From Macrostomum lignano (Eukaryota), in assembly GCA_002269645.1 (NCBI GenBank), contig NIVC01000365.1:372001-436000 (forward strand): a DNA stretch of 64,000 nt, in the 5' to 3' direction. The translations under genes were made by a program, and so were the position numbers. The notes under the pieces were generated by a model. That model had not been told where the DNA came from and searched no databases. It saw only the letters and a program-made list of their open reading frames with translations. Shown one piece after another: positions 14,330 to 27,200 of the stretch; positions within the stretch are counted from its first letter, which is position 1, and each line of letters starts with the position of its first letter.

Positions 14330-14957
14330 GCTAAGGATGGGATTACAGACATTAAAGACTGGGACTACAGACTAAGGGCTGGGATTACAGAAGTTGAGAA
14401 TTAGGACTGGACCACAAGAGATTAAGGACAGGGACTACAAGAGATTAAGGACAGGGACTACAAGAGATTAAGGACTGGGACTACAAGAGATTGAGGACTG
14501 GGACTACAGGAGATTAAGGACTGGGATCGCAGAGATTAAGGACTGGGATTGCAGAGATTGGACTGGGATTGCAGAGATTAAGGACTGGGATTGCAGAGAT
14601 TAAGGACTGGGATTGCAGAGATTGGACTGGGATTGCAGAGATTAAGGACTGGGATTGCAGAGATTGGACTGGGATTGCAGAGATTAAGGACTGGGATTGC
14701 AGAGATTGGACTGGGATTGCAGAGATTAAGGACTGGGATTGCAGAGATTAAGGACTGGGATTGCAGAGATTAAGGACTGGGATTGCAGAGATTAAGGACA
14801 GGGACTACAGGAGATAAAGGACTGGGACTACAGGAGATAAAGGACTGGGACTACAGGAGATAAAGGACTGGGACTACAGGAGATAAAGGACTGGGACTAC
14901 AGGAGATTAAGGACTGGGATTGCAGAGATTGGACTGGGATTGCAGAGATTAAGGACT
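14330..14957. repeat. 17/22-bp minisatellite (gggattgcagagattaaggact)
   Basis: Directly visible. Confidence 0.93.
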
Positions 14958-15697
14958 GGTATTAATTACAGACACAGAGCCGGAGAAGGGGAAGACAGTG
15001 GCAGAACGGAGTTGGGAGCAAAGCACGCAGAGCGGCAGGCATCAATGTGAGCACAGAACGGTCAGGTAGGCAAATGAAACGCGTTAATCAAATTTCGGCA
15101 GGCCTGATGGACAGTTAAAAAAGGGGGTAACAAAGAAAAGCAGAAATCAGTAATCAAGCGCGTAAAACCGGATTGATTTAAAGCGATAAAGCAGAAGAAT
15201 AAGTGCACACAGAAACCAAGGCTTTGAGTTGATTAGGTAAGCCTTAATTGCTATGCCTACAGTCACTGTTGATAAAGTTTAATAAATAAAGCGGTGCACA
15301 ATCAGTTACACGCACGGGGTCCAACGCAAGCTGCTGTGGTAAAAATAAAGAGCGAACAGATTAGTAAAAAGCACAAAAAGAGCATCGTGTCCTTTGACAG
15401 CATCAGAACAGACATTTTGTAAGTATAAACAAAACGATGAGCAAAAAACAGTAAAGGATATTAGCATTGTATACAGCGGGCCTGGGAACCGCAATATCGA
15501 ATTCAAAGTGAGGAAGGAAATTTACAAGAATTGTCATAGTTAAGAAAAGCAGACAGAACTACAATAACAGTTCTTTGATCAATGCTGCTTATGAAGTAAA
15601 AGTTATGAACATATAGAAAATGTTTTTTGGCTATTGACGAGAAGACAACAGCTAAACTCGAAGCGAATTTGCAGCGGATCGAACCGATTGGCGGGCC

Positions 15698-18600
15698 TCA
15701 GCTCCTGGACAGCCTGTAGATGTGCCTCTGCGCGCCGTGGACACTCGAGGACACCTCGAATACGTACGCGATGCACAACAGCGGCTCCCCGGTGTCAGTG
15801 TTCGTCACCACCTGCGGCGGGGTGCGGACTGGCTTCGATTTCCATGGCACTAATGGCGCTCAGCCAGATTGACATAATATTAGGACCTGGGAGGCTGACC
15901 GCCCAGCAACTGAGGATCTGGGAGGCTGGCGGTGGCACAGCAACTAAGAATCTGGGAGGGTGCTGGCCCAGCAACTGAGGATCTGAGAGGCTGGCCCAGC
16001 AACTGAGGATCTGGGAGGCTGGACCAGCAACTGAGGATATGGGAGGCTGGCCCAGCAACTGAGGATCTGAGAGGCTGGCCCAGCAACCGAGGATCTGGGA
16101 GGCTGGACCAGCAACTGAGGATATGGGAGGCTGGCCCAGCAACTGAGGATCTGAGAGGCTTGCCCAGCAACTGAGGATCTGAGTGGCTGACCCAGCAACT
16201 GAGGATCTGAGAGGCTGGCCCAGCAACTGAGCATCTGGGAGGCTGGCCCAGCAACTGAGGATATGGGAGGCTGGCCCAGCAACTGAGGATCTGAGAGGCT
16301 TGCCCAGCAACTGAGGATCTGGGACGCTTGTGTTGGCCCAGCAACTGAGGATCTGGGAGGCTGGCCCAGCAACTGAGGATCTGGGAGGCTGGCCCAGCAA
16401 CTGAGGATCTGGGACGCTTGTGTTGGCCCAGCAACTGAGGATCTGGGACGCTTGTGTTGGCCCAGCAACTGAGGATCTGGGACGCTTGTGTTGGCCCAGC
16501 AACTGAGGATCTGGGACGCTTGTGTTGGCCCAGCAACTGAGGATCTGGGACGCTTGTGTTGGCCCAGCAACTGAGGATCTGGGAGGCTGGCCCAGCAACT
16601 GAGGATCTGGGAGGCTGGCCCAGCAACTGAGGATCTGGGAGGCTGGCCCAGCAACTGAGGATCTGGGAGGCTGGCTTAGCAACTGAGGATCTGGGAGGCT
16701 GGCCCAGCAACTGAGGATCTGGGACGCTGGTGTTGGCCCAGCAACTGAGGATCTGGGACGCTTGTGTTGGCCCAGCAACTGAGGATCTGGGACGCTTGTG
16801 TTGGCCCAGCAACTGAGGATCTGGGACGCTTGTGTTGGCCCAGCAACTGAGGATCTGGGAGGCTGGACCAGCAACTGAGGATATGGGAGGCTGGCCCAGC
16901 AACTGAGGATCTGAGAGGCTGGCCCAGCAACTGAGGATCTGAGAGGCTGGCCCAGCAACTGAGCATCTGGGAGGCTGGCCCAGCAACTGAGGATCAGGGA
17001 GGCTGGCCCAGCAACTGAGGATCTGGGACGCTGGTGTTGGCCCAGCAACTGAGGATCTGGGACGCTTGTGTTGGCCCAGCAACTGAGGATCTGGGAGGCT
17101 GGCCCAGCAACTGAGGATCTGGGAGGCTGGCCCAGCAACTGAGGATCAGGGAGGCTGGCCCAGCAACTGAGGATCTGGGACGCTGGTGTTGGCCCAGCAA
17201 CTGAGGATCTGGGACGCTTGTGTTGGCCCAGCAACTGAGGATCTGGGACGCTTGTGTTGGCCCAGCAACTGAGGATCTGGGAGGCTGGCCCAGCAACTGA
17301 GGATCTGGGAGGCTGGCCCAGCAACTGAGGATCTGGGAGGCTGGCCCAGCAACTGAGGATCTGGGACGCTTGTGTTGGCCCAGCAACTGAGGATCTGGGA
17401 CGCTTGTGTTGGCCCAGCAACTGAGGATCTGGGAGGCTGGCCCAGCAACTGAGGATCTGGGAGGCTGGCCCAGCAACTGAGGATATGGGAGGCTGGCCCA
17501 GCAACTGAGGATCTGGGAGGCTGGCCGCCCAGCAACTGAGGATCTGGGAGGCTGGCCGCCCAGCAACTGAGGATCTAGAAGACTGGCCGCCCAGCAACTG
17601 AGGATCTGGGGGTAGCCAAGCAACTGAAGATTTGGGAGGGTGCTGACCCAGCAACTAAGGATGGCAGGATTGGCAGCGAAAATTCAAAATCTGTGGTATC
17701 TTGGCTTATTAAACAGCGCATTGAAACAACACATTTACTAAAGCTGCGACTCTCACCTGCATAATAGTGAAGTTCTCGAGCACGGAGTTCATCATAAACT
17801 TCTCTGGCAGCTGGCGCAGCTTGGAGATGAAGTTGATCATGTACTCGCACATCGGAATTCGCTCATTCTGATAAATGTATTTGCCGTTCTCTGAGTGCGG
17901 AGAAATGTGCTTCTCAACCTTCTCAACCACTTGCTTGCCGAATGAGCACACTTTGGTTGAGAAGGACAAGTTCATGCTCTCCTGGCTTTCGTACCTGCAG
18001 TTCATCAGTTTGGAATTGGGAAGTACGAGAACTGGTCAGGCACTGTGGTATCAATTCAATAAATTCCCGTGTGCCCCCGACATGAATTTCCCTGGAAATA
18101 ATTCCCCACCAGCCGCTTACACGGTGGTGTGGCCATAGAACACAAATTCCCCATGGCAATACTGTAATTCCCCACCAGCCGCTTACACGGTGGTGTGGCC
18201 ATAGAACACAAATTCCCCATGGCAATACTGTAATTCCCCACCAGCCGCTTACACGGTGGTGTGGCCATAGAACACAAATTCCCCATGGCAATACTGTAAT
18301 TCCCCACCAGCCGCTTACACGGTGGTGTGGCCATAGAACACAAATTCCCCATGGCAATACTGTAATTCCCTGCCAGCCGCTTACACGGTGGTGTGGCCAT
18401 AGAACATGTTTCCCGGATGGTCCTCAGGCAGGGTGGTGTTGATATCCGCCCAGATTTTGACCAGGAAGGCCGCCGACTCCGGCCCCTTGTCAAAGAAGTC
18501 GTTGAGGCCTCGCTTTGCTGGAAATTTGTCAGCAATCTGCGACTGGTCGACGCTTTCCATGCGCGCGATGGCGGACTCGGGCAGCTGGCCCATCGGGCAG

Positions 18601-19561
18601 TTGATGTGAGCAAAGATGTGCCGCTGCTGCTGGTAGGCGGAAGACTCGACTCCGGTCACCTCAACGAAGGCTGTCAGCTCGCGCAGCCGGAGCTTCGGCC
18701 CCACAATCGCCTGACAGCTGGCGCCGACGCCGGTGCCAGTTGGAGACGAGACGGCGGCGGCGGCAGCGGCAGCTACGGCGGCTGCAGCGGCGGCGGCGGC
18801 GTCGGCTGAGGCCAGGCCAGGCCACTGGGAGGCGCCACTGCCGGGGCTGCCAGGGCCGTGGCCCGCTCCCGCCGGCCAGAATGCGGAGCCGCCGGCGGCA
18901 GCGGAGGCTGACTGCCTGGGCCCGGTGCTCTCCTGGCCGCGGGCCATGCCGGCGCTGACGATCTGGGCTGAGCTGAGCTGGCTGAGGCTGTGCATGGCCT
19001 TTTCCTTGGTGGCCGGATCCTTGATGTTGGTCTGAACCTCTTTGGTTTTGCGCCTAGCCAGCACCTGGATGTGGCTGGACACCTGCTTTCTGGTCCTGGT
19101 CTTGCCAGTCCGCAGCTTGATGTAGCGCGCGATCAGCTCGTTGCGGCCTAGAGGGGGTGGCGGGTTGGAGGGCATGAGGCACCCTGCGGCTTCATGACTA
19201 TTGGGACTTGACTGTCTCGTCATTCTTACAGTATTCAGTCGTCCTTGTCCCGCTCGCGGTTTTAATCAAGGGCCCCAGCTTAACTGACTTCCACGGCCAA
19301 GGCAAAGCAGTCAGTAAGCAGGTAGGCGCGATGCCAGACAGACTCACCGTACATCTTGCCCTCGTCAGACAATATAATCTTCCGCCTGCCGCAGGGCGGG
19401 TAGAGAGCCAAGGCCTCCTGGAAGCTCTGCTCGATGTCCGGACTCCAGACGCCCTCGGCATCGTTCGGATCCTCCTCGGCCTCTTCGTCCTCTTCGTTCA
19501 TGTCGTCGTCATCCACGACGCTGCTGGGCACAACGGTGCTCCATGCTTTGTTTGGCTCCAT
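15698..19561 (-). CDS. TEAD: TEAD/scalloped transcription factor, 442 aa. Exons 19561-19348, 19147-18385, 17994-17757, 15811-15698
   Basis: TEA domain [39 protein letters not shown]|[36 protein letters not shown]-binding domain [16 protein letters not shown]...[31 protein letters not shown]|[30 protein letters not shown]. All splice phases are consistent (214+763+238+114=1329 nt). Confidence 0.97.
15893..17665. repeat. 28/35-bp minisatellite (ctggcccagcaactgaggatctgggagg and ...gacgcttgtgtt variant) filling TEAD intron 3
   Basis: Directly visible; source of the spurious long ORFs at 15795-17654. Confidence 0.96.
18092..18405. repeat. 66-bp tandem repeat (about 4.7 units) spanning the TEAD exon 2/intron 2 boundary
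   Basis: gcttacacggtggtgtggccatagaac recurs at 18115, 18181, 18247, 18313 and 18379. Confidence 0.95.
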
Positions 19562-20159
19562 CGGTACTCTCTGAAGGCAAAGCGGCAGGAGTCAGTCAAT
19601 CAGTCAGAGCTGCAAACTGCGGCTACCAGCAATGGAAACTGGATATTCGAAACTAGCAGCAGCAACCAACTTGCTAGAAGAAAGAGCCAGCAAGAAAGCT
19701 GGGCAGAGAGGGGAGCGGAGAAGGTCAGAATCGGGAGACAAAGATGCACAACATTTGGAACACACGGGGGGAGTTTGTATTTCACCGACTGTGTGGGGTG
19801 GACGCAGCGGATAGGCGGGCACACGGAGCGGGGAAGGGCGGAGAGCTTATCTGCGCTGCTGAAATTTGTTACACTCCTGCTGGCTGGGGCAGAGGGGACG
19901 CGGCGTGCGGACAAGGCAAAAACGGGCCAGGGGGGGGCGGGGAAGTCGCTTAGTAGCGGGGAAGGAGACATAGAGGGGGGGGAGTTTTACGACCCAAAAA
20001 TAAGCAAGGAACAGGTGACCAGCAGCGGCAATCAGTGAGCGGCATTTAGGCCGACTGTCATGGCGGGACAGGGAGGGAGAAGGGAGAGACTGTGCGGCAG
20101 CAAGTGCGCAATAAGTGTCAATACGAATTATTTTAATATTTGTATTGCTTTTGCGATTC

Positions 20160-20845
20160 GGATTTTGCAGTTTTGTAGATTTGGTTTTTTGCAGTTTTGG
20201 AATTGGAATTATAGAGTTTTGGACATTTCTGTTGTTGCAGTTTGGGAAATTGGGATTCTGCAGATTTGGAAATTGGGATTCTGCAGATTTGGGAATTGGG
20301 ATTCTGCAGTTTTTGGAATTGCGATTCTGCAGTTTTGGTGATTGGGATTCTGCAGTTTTTGGAATTGCGATTCTGCAGTTTTGGAGATTGGGATTCCGCC
20401 GTTTTGGGGATTGGGATTCTCCAGCTTTGAGGATTGGGATTCTGTAGTTTTGGGGATTGGAATTCTGCAGATTTGGGGAATTGGGATTCTGCAGTTTTGG
20501 AGATTGGGATTCTGCAGTTTTGGAGATTGGGATTCTGCAGTTTTGGAGATTGGGATTCTGCAGTTTGGGAATTGGGATTCTGCAGTTTTGGGAATTGGGA
20601 TTTCGCAGTTTTAGGGATTAGAATTCTGCAGATTTGGGGAATTGGGATTCTGCAGTTTTGAGGATTGGAATTCTCCAGTTTTGGGGATTGGGATTCTGCA
20701 GTTTGGGGATTGGGATTCCGCAGTTTTGAGAATTGGGATTCTACAGTTTTGGGAATTGGGATTCTGCAGTTTTGGGGATTTGGATTCTGCAGTTGGGGGA
20801 TTGGGATTCTGCAATTGGGGAATTGACATTCTGAAGTTTTGGAGA
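20160..20845. repeat. About 22-bp minisatellite (gggattctgcagttttggaatt) upstream of TEAD
   Basis: Directly visible, degenerate. Confidence 0.9.
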
Positions 20846-21756
20846 TTGGGATTATTCCTTCTTAGGTTGGTTTGTTTTTTCGGGACTGGGCAGAGGTATT
20901 TTTCGTATTTTTACTATTATACAATCTTGCCTTCTTTCATGTTCCAGATTGAATAATTTCGGCAGGTGGCTCAGCGTTTGGAATCAGAGCAATTTCGCGA
21001 CTTTCAACAAGCACAATCATTGCAATTGCCCCAGTCTTTAAATACCACAGGTACTTGCGTAGTTTCAAAGCCAAACAGGCGAATTGAGACAAAGACTAAG
21101 CCAATAAAGAAGCGCAGCGGGGCTTCCATATCTGAATCGATATTATACAGCTTTTGGCCTCGGGGAAGACCTGACTAAAATTAGTTGCTTTCCTGCTGTA
21201 GCAATTTCGAGTTTTCTTTGGAGTTTCGCTTGGAAAAATTTCTGAGAAAATTGCTTTGAAGACAGAAAGTATGATTAGGAGTAAAAGACAGATTACCAAT
21301 ATAGGTAGGCCTACACAATCATAATAATTACAGGGCTTTGGGCACCCTGGTGCAATGGTAGATTATATAGTATGTTACGGAGTTAAATAAAGGCCATAAC
21401 ACGAGTGCGCGAAGTATAAAATTGCATTGTATATATAGCATACCAGTAGCCAATTATAATCATTTTATCTGAGTTAAGCAATGAATAAATAATCAGCGGT
21501 CCCAGTGCGTGACAGTGATTGTCTGGCGAGCGCCGGTAGGCGCGAGCCATAGACAAATCGTTGTCGCGTGCTACGATCGCTGTCCGCTGATTCTTTGCAT
21601 TGTTTTTCTGTTTGACAATCCTAAAAACAATGCATTGTTTGTAGTAATGTATTGTTCTGCATTAAAAATGTGAATAATGATCGTCAAATTGCTAAACAAT
21701 GACAATTTTTGTCATTGCTTAACTCTGCCTACAAGATCGGTCATTACTTAATGCTA

Positions 21757-22666
21757 TTGGTTTTTGCATGCTAAGTGAGAAATTTTTCAAGCAATCTGAG
21801 ACTGAATAGCAAAAACACTATTGTCTATGGCCACCCCTCGCTGCAGCCCAGCTTTTTGGGATCGCCTTGCAAGCAAAGTGGGAAATTTTTTAAAGCTACC
21901 AGTAAGTGAGAACCATATTGAAAACAAAGGCTGGGCTATGGCAAATCAGACACGAGAGAGATTTCAGCAGTTTATTTTGGAACTGGCTAACATCATACAG
22001 GCCGATGCTCCTGGCAGACGAGTTATTCTCATTTTCGATGGTCCAAATTTTCACCAAGGGATTGAGATACCTGAGCAGTTTGAGGATCTCATTCGTCTGC
22101 AAATCTTAAATCTTAAATCAAATCTTAGCCGTTTTTGAATCCCGTGGAGATGGCGCACAGCGCTCTTAAGAATGAGATTAAGCGTCGCCTTGTAGAGCCC
22201 GCAATCGTGGCTGAGGAAAACAGTTGCCCACCAGGCATGACACGAGATGATTGGCGATACATGCTGATGGATCGGCTTGGAAGAGAATCGCTGCATGTCA
22301 TTACTCCGCACAAGATCGCAGGCTGGGAGCTCCACTGCACTCGAAAGTTTGCTCAGTGTATCAACATGCAACCCTTTATTTGAACGCTTATAACATTATC
22401 AACAATTTTTGTACCGCTTGTTTTGTTGTGTTCCTGCGTATCCTTTTCTAAATATATAGTTTCCGACAGTACATCATTTTGTCATTTCGTAAAACCACCC
22501 CTTTTTTCAATATGGTTCTCACTTAGCTTGAAAAAATGTCTCACTTTACTTGTAAGGCGCGCCCAAAAAGCTGGGCTGCAGCGAGGGGTGGCCATAGACA
22601 ATAGTGTTTTTGCTATTCAGTCTCAGATTGCTTGAAAAATGTCTCACTTAGCATGCAAAAAACCAA
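21757..22666 (+). mobile_element. Non-autonomous Tc1/mariner-IS630-like DNA transposon with about 145-bp TIRs and TA target duplication; retains a frameshifted C-terminal DDE catalytic fragment
   Basis: TA|ttggtttttgcatgctaagtgag ... ctcacttagcatgcaaaaaaccaa|TA. Internal VILIFDGPNFH ... (frameshift) LNPVEMAHSALKNEIKRRL resembles the DDE_3 motifs DNAxxH and LNPIExxWxxLK. Confidence 0.82.
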
Positions 22667-22849
22667 TACTAAAATTATGCACCCAGTCGACCATAGACAA
22701 ACTTAAAGGCCTTGGTGCAGTGGGCCATAGACAAAGATTTAGGCCTTGACGCGACTGAAAAGTGCCATTCCAGCATCTGTTACAAAAAGCGATAGACTGG
22801 AAAGAAAATTTACAGCAACAAAATATCAATTTCACTTAGTCAACAACTA

Positions 22850-23140
22850 AGCAGTTTCTACCGATCGAGGAAGCAGATCTGGAAAAATTCAAGGCGTACT
22901 TTGATGGAACCACAGCCGAAACGCTTACAGGACGAGGTGGTATTCACCATTCTCTATATTCTACGTAAGAGAGGACAAGAACACCTTAAACATTTGAAAC
23001 AGCAGGGAGCATTGGTTGCTGGTATCGACTCCGACGGACAAGAGTACTGTGAACTACCACCACTACCAACTAAGAACCAAGATTCAGAAGGCAGGCAGGA
23101 ACGATTCAGAAGGCAGGCTCCGTTTTTCTACGAATCAGGC
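22850..23140 (+). mobile_element. Crypton-type tyrosine recombinase (DUF3504-like) fragment, frameshifted
   Basis: PIEEADLEKFKAYFDGT / PKRLQDEVVFTILYILRKRGQEHLKHLK...DSDGQEYCEL..TKNQ resembles the recalled Crypton/KCTD1/ZMYM pattern P..LQ..V.F.I....RGRE.LR.L...D..G.EY...TKN. Confidence 0.65.
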
Positions 23141-23280
23141 ACGCGGAGTTTTTTGTTTATTGTTTGTTTATGTTTTCAAGTTTACTTTTTATGTAATAAA
23201 TAATATGAAAATAAATTGTCTATGGTCGAAATGTATTTTCAGCGTTAAGCAATAACAAAATGGTGCGTGTCATTATAATA

Positions 23281-24023
23281 TAGCTTTTGGCAGCCTATTG
23301 GGGCTTACGCGCATTTAATTTAATCCAAGATAGGTTTGCCAATGTTATAGAGCTTTTTGTCTATGGTAGCAAGGCTGCCACAGCGGCACTTAATTTGGTC
23401 CAACAAGCATCAATTTGGTCCAAATGCTTGTGAGCCAATGGCAAGCTCTTGCCTTCTTGCAACTGCCTAAGGGAATGTCAGCGTCTGTACCAGCAATTTT
23501 CAGTCGCTTTTCCAGAGCTCTGCTGATAGTCCAAATCTGATAACCAACTGGAACTTTTCCTTCAACTGCTGCTGCATTTTCTGCAACGTCAACAAAGGGT
23601 TCGTCTCAATTGCATTAAGTAGCAGTTGGACCTGAGTCTCTAGCAACTTGCCGTGGCGATTGCCACCTTACCACAGGCGACCTATGCCAGAAGTGGTTTT
23701 AACACGCAGATGGATGCTGTAAACCATTTTTCTTCTATATTCAGCAGCCTTGCAATGTCCTTTGGGTGTTCACCTCTGTTGAGTGCTTTGATGACAAGTC
23801 AGTGGCATACGTTCGACAACCTAGCATGGTTCACAATTCTGGGGCTGATCTAGCTCCTCTGCAACAGTTGCAAATGAAGCTATGGACCAAACTGATGCTT
23901 GTTGGACCAAATTAAGTGCCGCTGTGGCAGTCTTGCTACCATAGACAAAGGCTCCGGTACATTGGCAAACCTATCTTGGATTAAATTAAATGCGTGTCAG
24001 CCGAAATAGGCTGCCAAAAGCTA
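23281..24023 (-). mobile_element. Second non-autonomous Tc1/IS630-like element with about 140-bp TIRs and TA target duplication; retains a decayed N-terminal HTH transposase fragment
   Basis: TA|tagcttttggcagcctatt ... aataggctgccaaaagcta|TA. The minus strand reads VIKALNRGEHPKDIARLLNI...GGNRHGKLLETQVQLLLNAIETNPLLTLQKMQQQLKEKF...TISRAL with stops and frameshifts. Confidence 0.8.
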
Positions 24024-24283
24024 TACTCTTGCGTATATGTACAATGCTTTTGGCAAAATTGTCTCACAACGACTGGCGAGGCAATTGTACCCATTATTGC
24101 TGATTTCTGACCACATGTACACACAGCACATGCTCACATAGCACATGCTCACATAGCACATGCTCACACAGCACATGCTCACACAGAGTGTACAGCAGGC
24201 TTGATTATAATTTTCAAGTATATATATACACTGTATCTTAGGGCTGGCACAAGAGTCAAAATGCACTTGCAGCTAAGCTACGC

Positions 24284-27200
24284 TGCTCTCTGCCAGAAAC
24301 ACAAAACAGCTCTCATAGTTTTCAGAGCTATTCCTAAGAGACAAGCAATAGAATCTCTAAGAAATATAGAATCCCATTGAAATTGAGTCAGGTTGCTACA
24401 ATGCCTAGATCATGGATCAACTTGGGATTTTTATGAAGTTATCATGCTTTAAATTATGAAGCATTAGTTTTTTCTTAAAACATAGGTCTTATATTTGAGT
24501 TAAATATCCTAATGAAATTTGGTAATATACAATGTATATTTAATATTAATAATAATACTATTTGCTTTGAAAAAGTTATAAAACTTTTCTATCTAATGGT
24601 CTTACTTAATATTAGCTTTTAAAAAACTATAAAAGGATTATCATAGTAGTTTATATAACAAACAAGATACTAGCCTGCTAAATAGAACAAACTGAATATA
24701 GTCTAAACTGTACACATTTTTTCTGCATATTTGTTGAGTTGGTAAAATAAGCAACAATGCTTCTTATTGGTTATATGAGAATGCCATTTAATTCTCAAAC
24801 AAAATTTTGGGATTTAATAAACCCAAAATATTTTTGCTATATATCTTATAGAGAATTTTCTACTATTTGGTCATAACCTTTAGAGGATTAAATTGTACTT
24901 AGATACATATAGCATTCTTGCTTCTAATAAAAAAGTGTAAACTCTTACAAAGGATATTCAATATTCTAAATTATATTAGGGTTTAAGTAAATATTAGGCC
25001 AAACACAAAATATATTTTTAAAAAAAATTTTGCTTATAAATTTAAAATATAAGATAGATACCTACTAACAAAACATTTTTTGCATATGGATCTTAATAAA
25101 AAATATTTTTAAAGATTATAATTTGGCTATTTTTACTTTATAAATTAGTTGGTCTACTATACAAGGATTTTTATAGATTCTTAAAAATAAACCATAGCTA
25201 GGCATAAGATCTTATATACTAAATCTTAAAAAGCCTATGGGCTATAGATGCACAATACTATAAATTGAACATAAAATATTTAAGTTTTAACTAAAATTTT
25301 AAAGCATAAAAAATATTTTTTAATATAAACTATAAGCCTAATGGGGCTATAAAGATAAAGTTAATCAATAATCTAATTAATTATTACTGATTAAAAAAGA
25401 CTAAAAAGCCCTTTGTCTATATAACTTAAGCAATTTTAGGTAGCCTAGGCCTAAGCATTTTAAGTAGGCCTACTTGAATTTTATCAAGTAAAATAGCTTA
25501 GGTCTTTTGAAGATTGCAGAATAAGAACTAGTGATAGATCCAAACATTTGGATTTGGAATCTGAAAAAATGTCAAACTTTTTTAGAAATATGAATGTTTT
25601 AGATTAGGAAATTTTATTTATCAAATATTTCCCAATGTGCTTCCAAATAGGAAAAAAAGTCAAGAAACCTCAAGTTGCAAAAACATTTTTGGTAGTCATT
25701 GTTTAAGTGTAATCATTAGTTGGATTTTTACAAAATGCAAATACATGAATTTATGGTAAAAGTTTTCAAATAGCAAAGATGTAATAGTAGTTAGTATTAA
25801 TAATTAGAATTAGCTAGATTAGTTATATAAGAATAAAGTTTGAATCAAACTTATTTATTCTTTACTAAGTTTTAATTCTTGCAATTTTGCTTGAATTTCA
25901 CTTGAAGAGTAGATTAGTTGCTTACTTAGATTACTAATTAGATGATGAAGGATTTTGTTATTTAAAAGTGTTAAAGTTATTACTGCCATTTACCTTTTAC
26001 TTTTCAGTTACTTTTGGAAACACATTTGGATATTTGGATTTAATTAGGAAATTTTTGCACTTTTAGATTCAGTTTTAGAAACTTGCAAAAATCTATATCT
26101 AGTCTATCACTAATTTTGTTAAACTGGCATGCTTTTTAAATTAAAAAAATCAACTTGATTTCATTTAATTTACACGGCTACACTTTGCATTGTATATACT
26201 AAGACTTAATTAGATAAAGACAATATCTATCAACAATACTATATGATATAGAGTTTTAATCAAAATTATAAAATGTGAGAAATCTATTTTAATATTGCTT
26301 CTTAAGTCATGTGCTTATATTTGATTTTTCAAAAAATTAAGACAAAAAAATTAAATAAAATGAGACAAAATGAATAATATCTTGTTATTTTAAAGTAAAA
26401 AGATATTGCAAAGCAGTTATTAATAAATAAAGGCTTTTTTATGTCTAACTCTAATTTATAATTTAAGCACCAAAAAACAAACTGTGGCATTGAAATACTA
26501 AGTACTAAAAAGCATAGGCACTAAAAAGCATAGATACTATATGTCTATAGCAATAATATTTAAAAGTCTTGTTTTACTTAGACTTAGATAAGGTTGCAGT
26601 GACCTTGTACTAGGGACTAACCTTTTTTAACCTTCTAATATACTAAAAATAAAATTCTTGCTTGTATGTGTGCAATTGATTATTTCTCAAAAGGCTTAAC
26701 CAATTTTCTTCCTTTTTGCCAAAATTTTATGCTATATTCAATATAAACATTTCATTCTAGAAAATTTTGCCTAAATAGTATTTTTTCTGTATTTTAGGCA
26801 TCTTAAATTCTTACATATATGCTTTTTGAATTCTAGAATGTTCTACAAGAGACTAGGCCTATAAATATAGGCAGTTGTTATTTATTAGACAAATAGCAAT
26901 ATGGTTATTTGTCCAGTTACTGAATAATAGCCACGTTTCCTTTATCCAGTTAATATCAGACAAATAGGCATTTTAATAATCTATTTTACAGAAACTACAA
27001 AGGTGAATATTCTTGGATTTCAAAGATTTCTTACTCCTATCTTGATTATTATGTTGTTGTACTAGTGTATGTTTTAAGTTATAAAATTATGGCGAATTGC
27101 ATACACACCATAGTTTTATCATGCTGGGTACACACCTGAAAAAAATTGAATAATTACAAATGCACGCTAAAAAATGTAGTGTACACCCATTCTCAAAAAA

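Noticed and set aside
12648-17665. Regular 22-37 bp repeats superficially like CRISPR arrays
   Set aside because: Units are head-to-tail with no unique spacers, there are no cas genes, and the context is intron-containing eukaryotic DNA.
14330-20845. Two 22-bp minisatellites flanking TEAD share gggatt..gcag..gatt
   Set aside because: Similarity is short and low-complexity, so common origin or a boundary function cannot be supported without alignment statistics.
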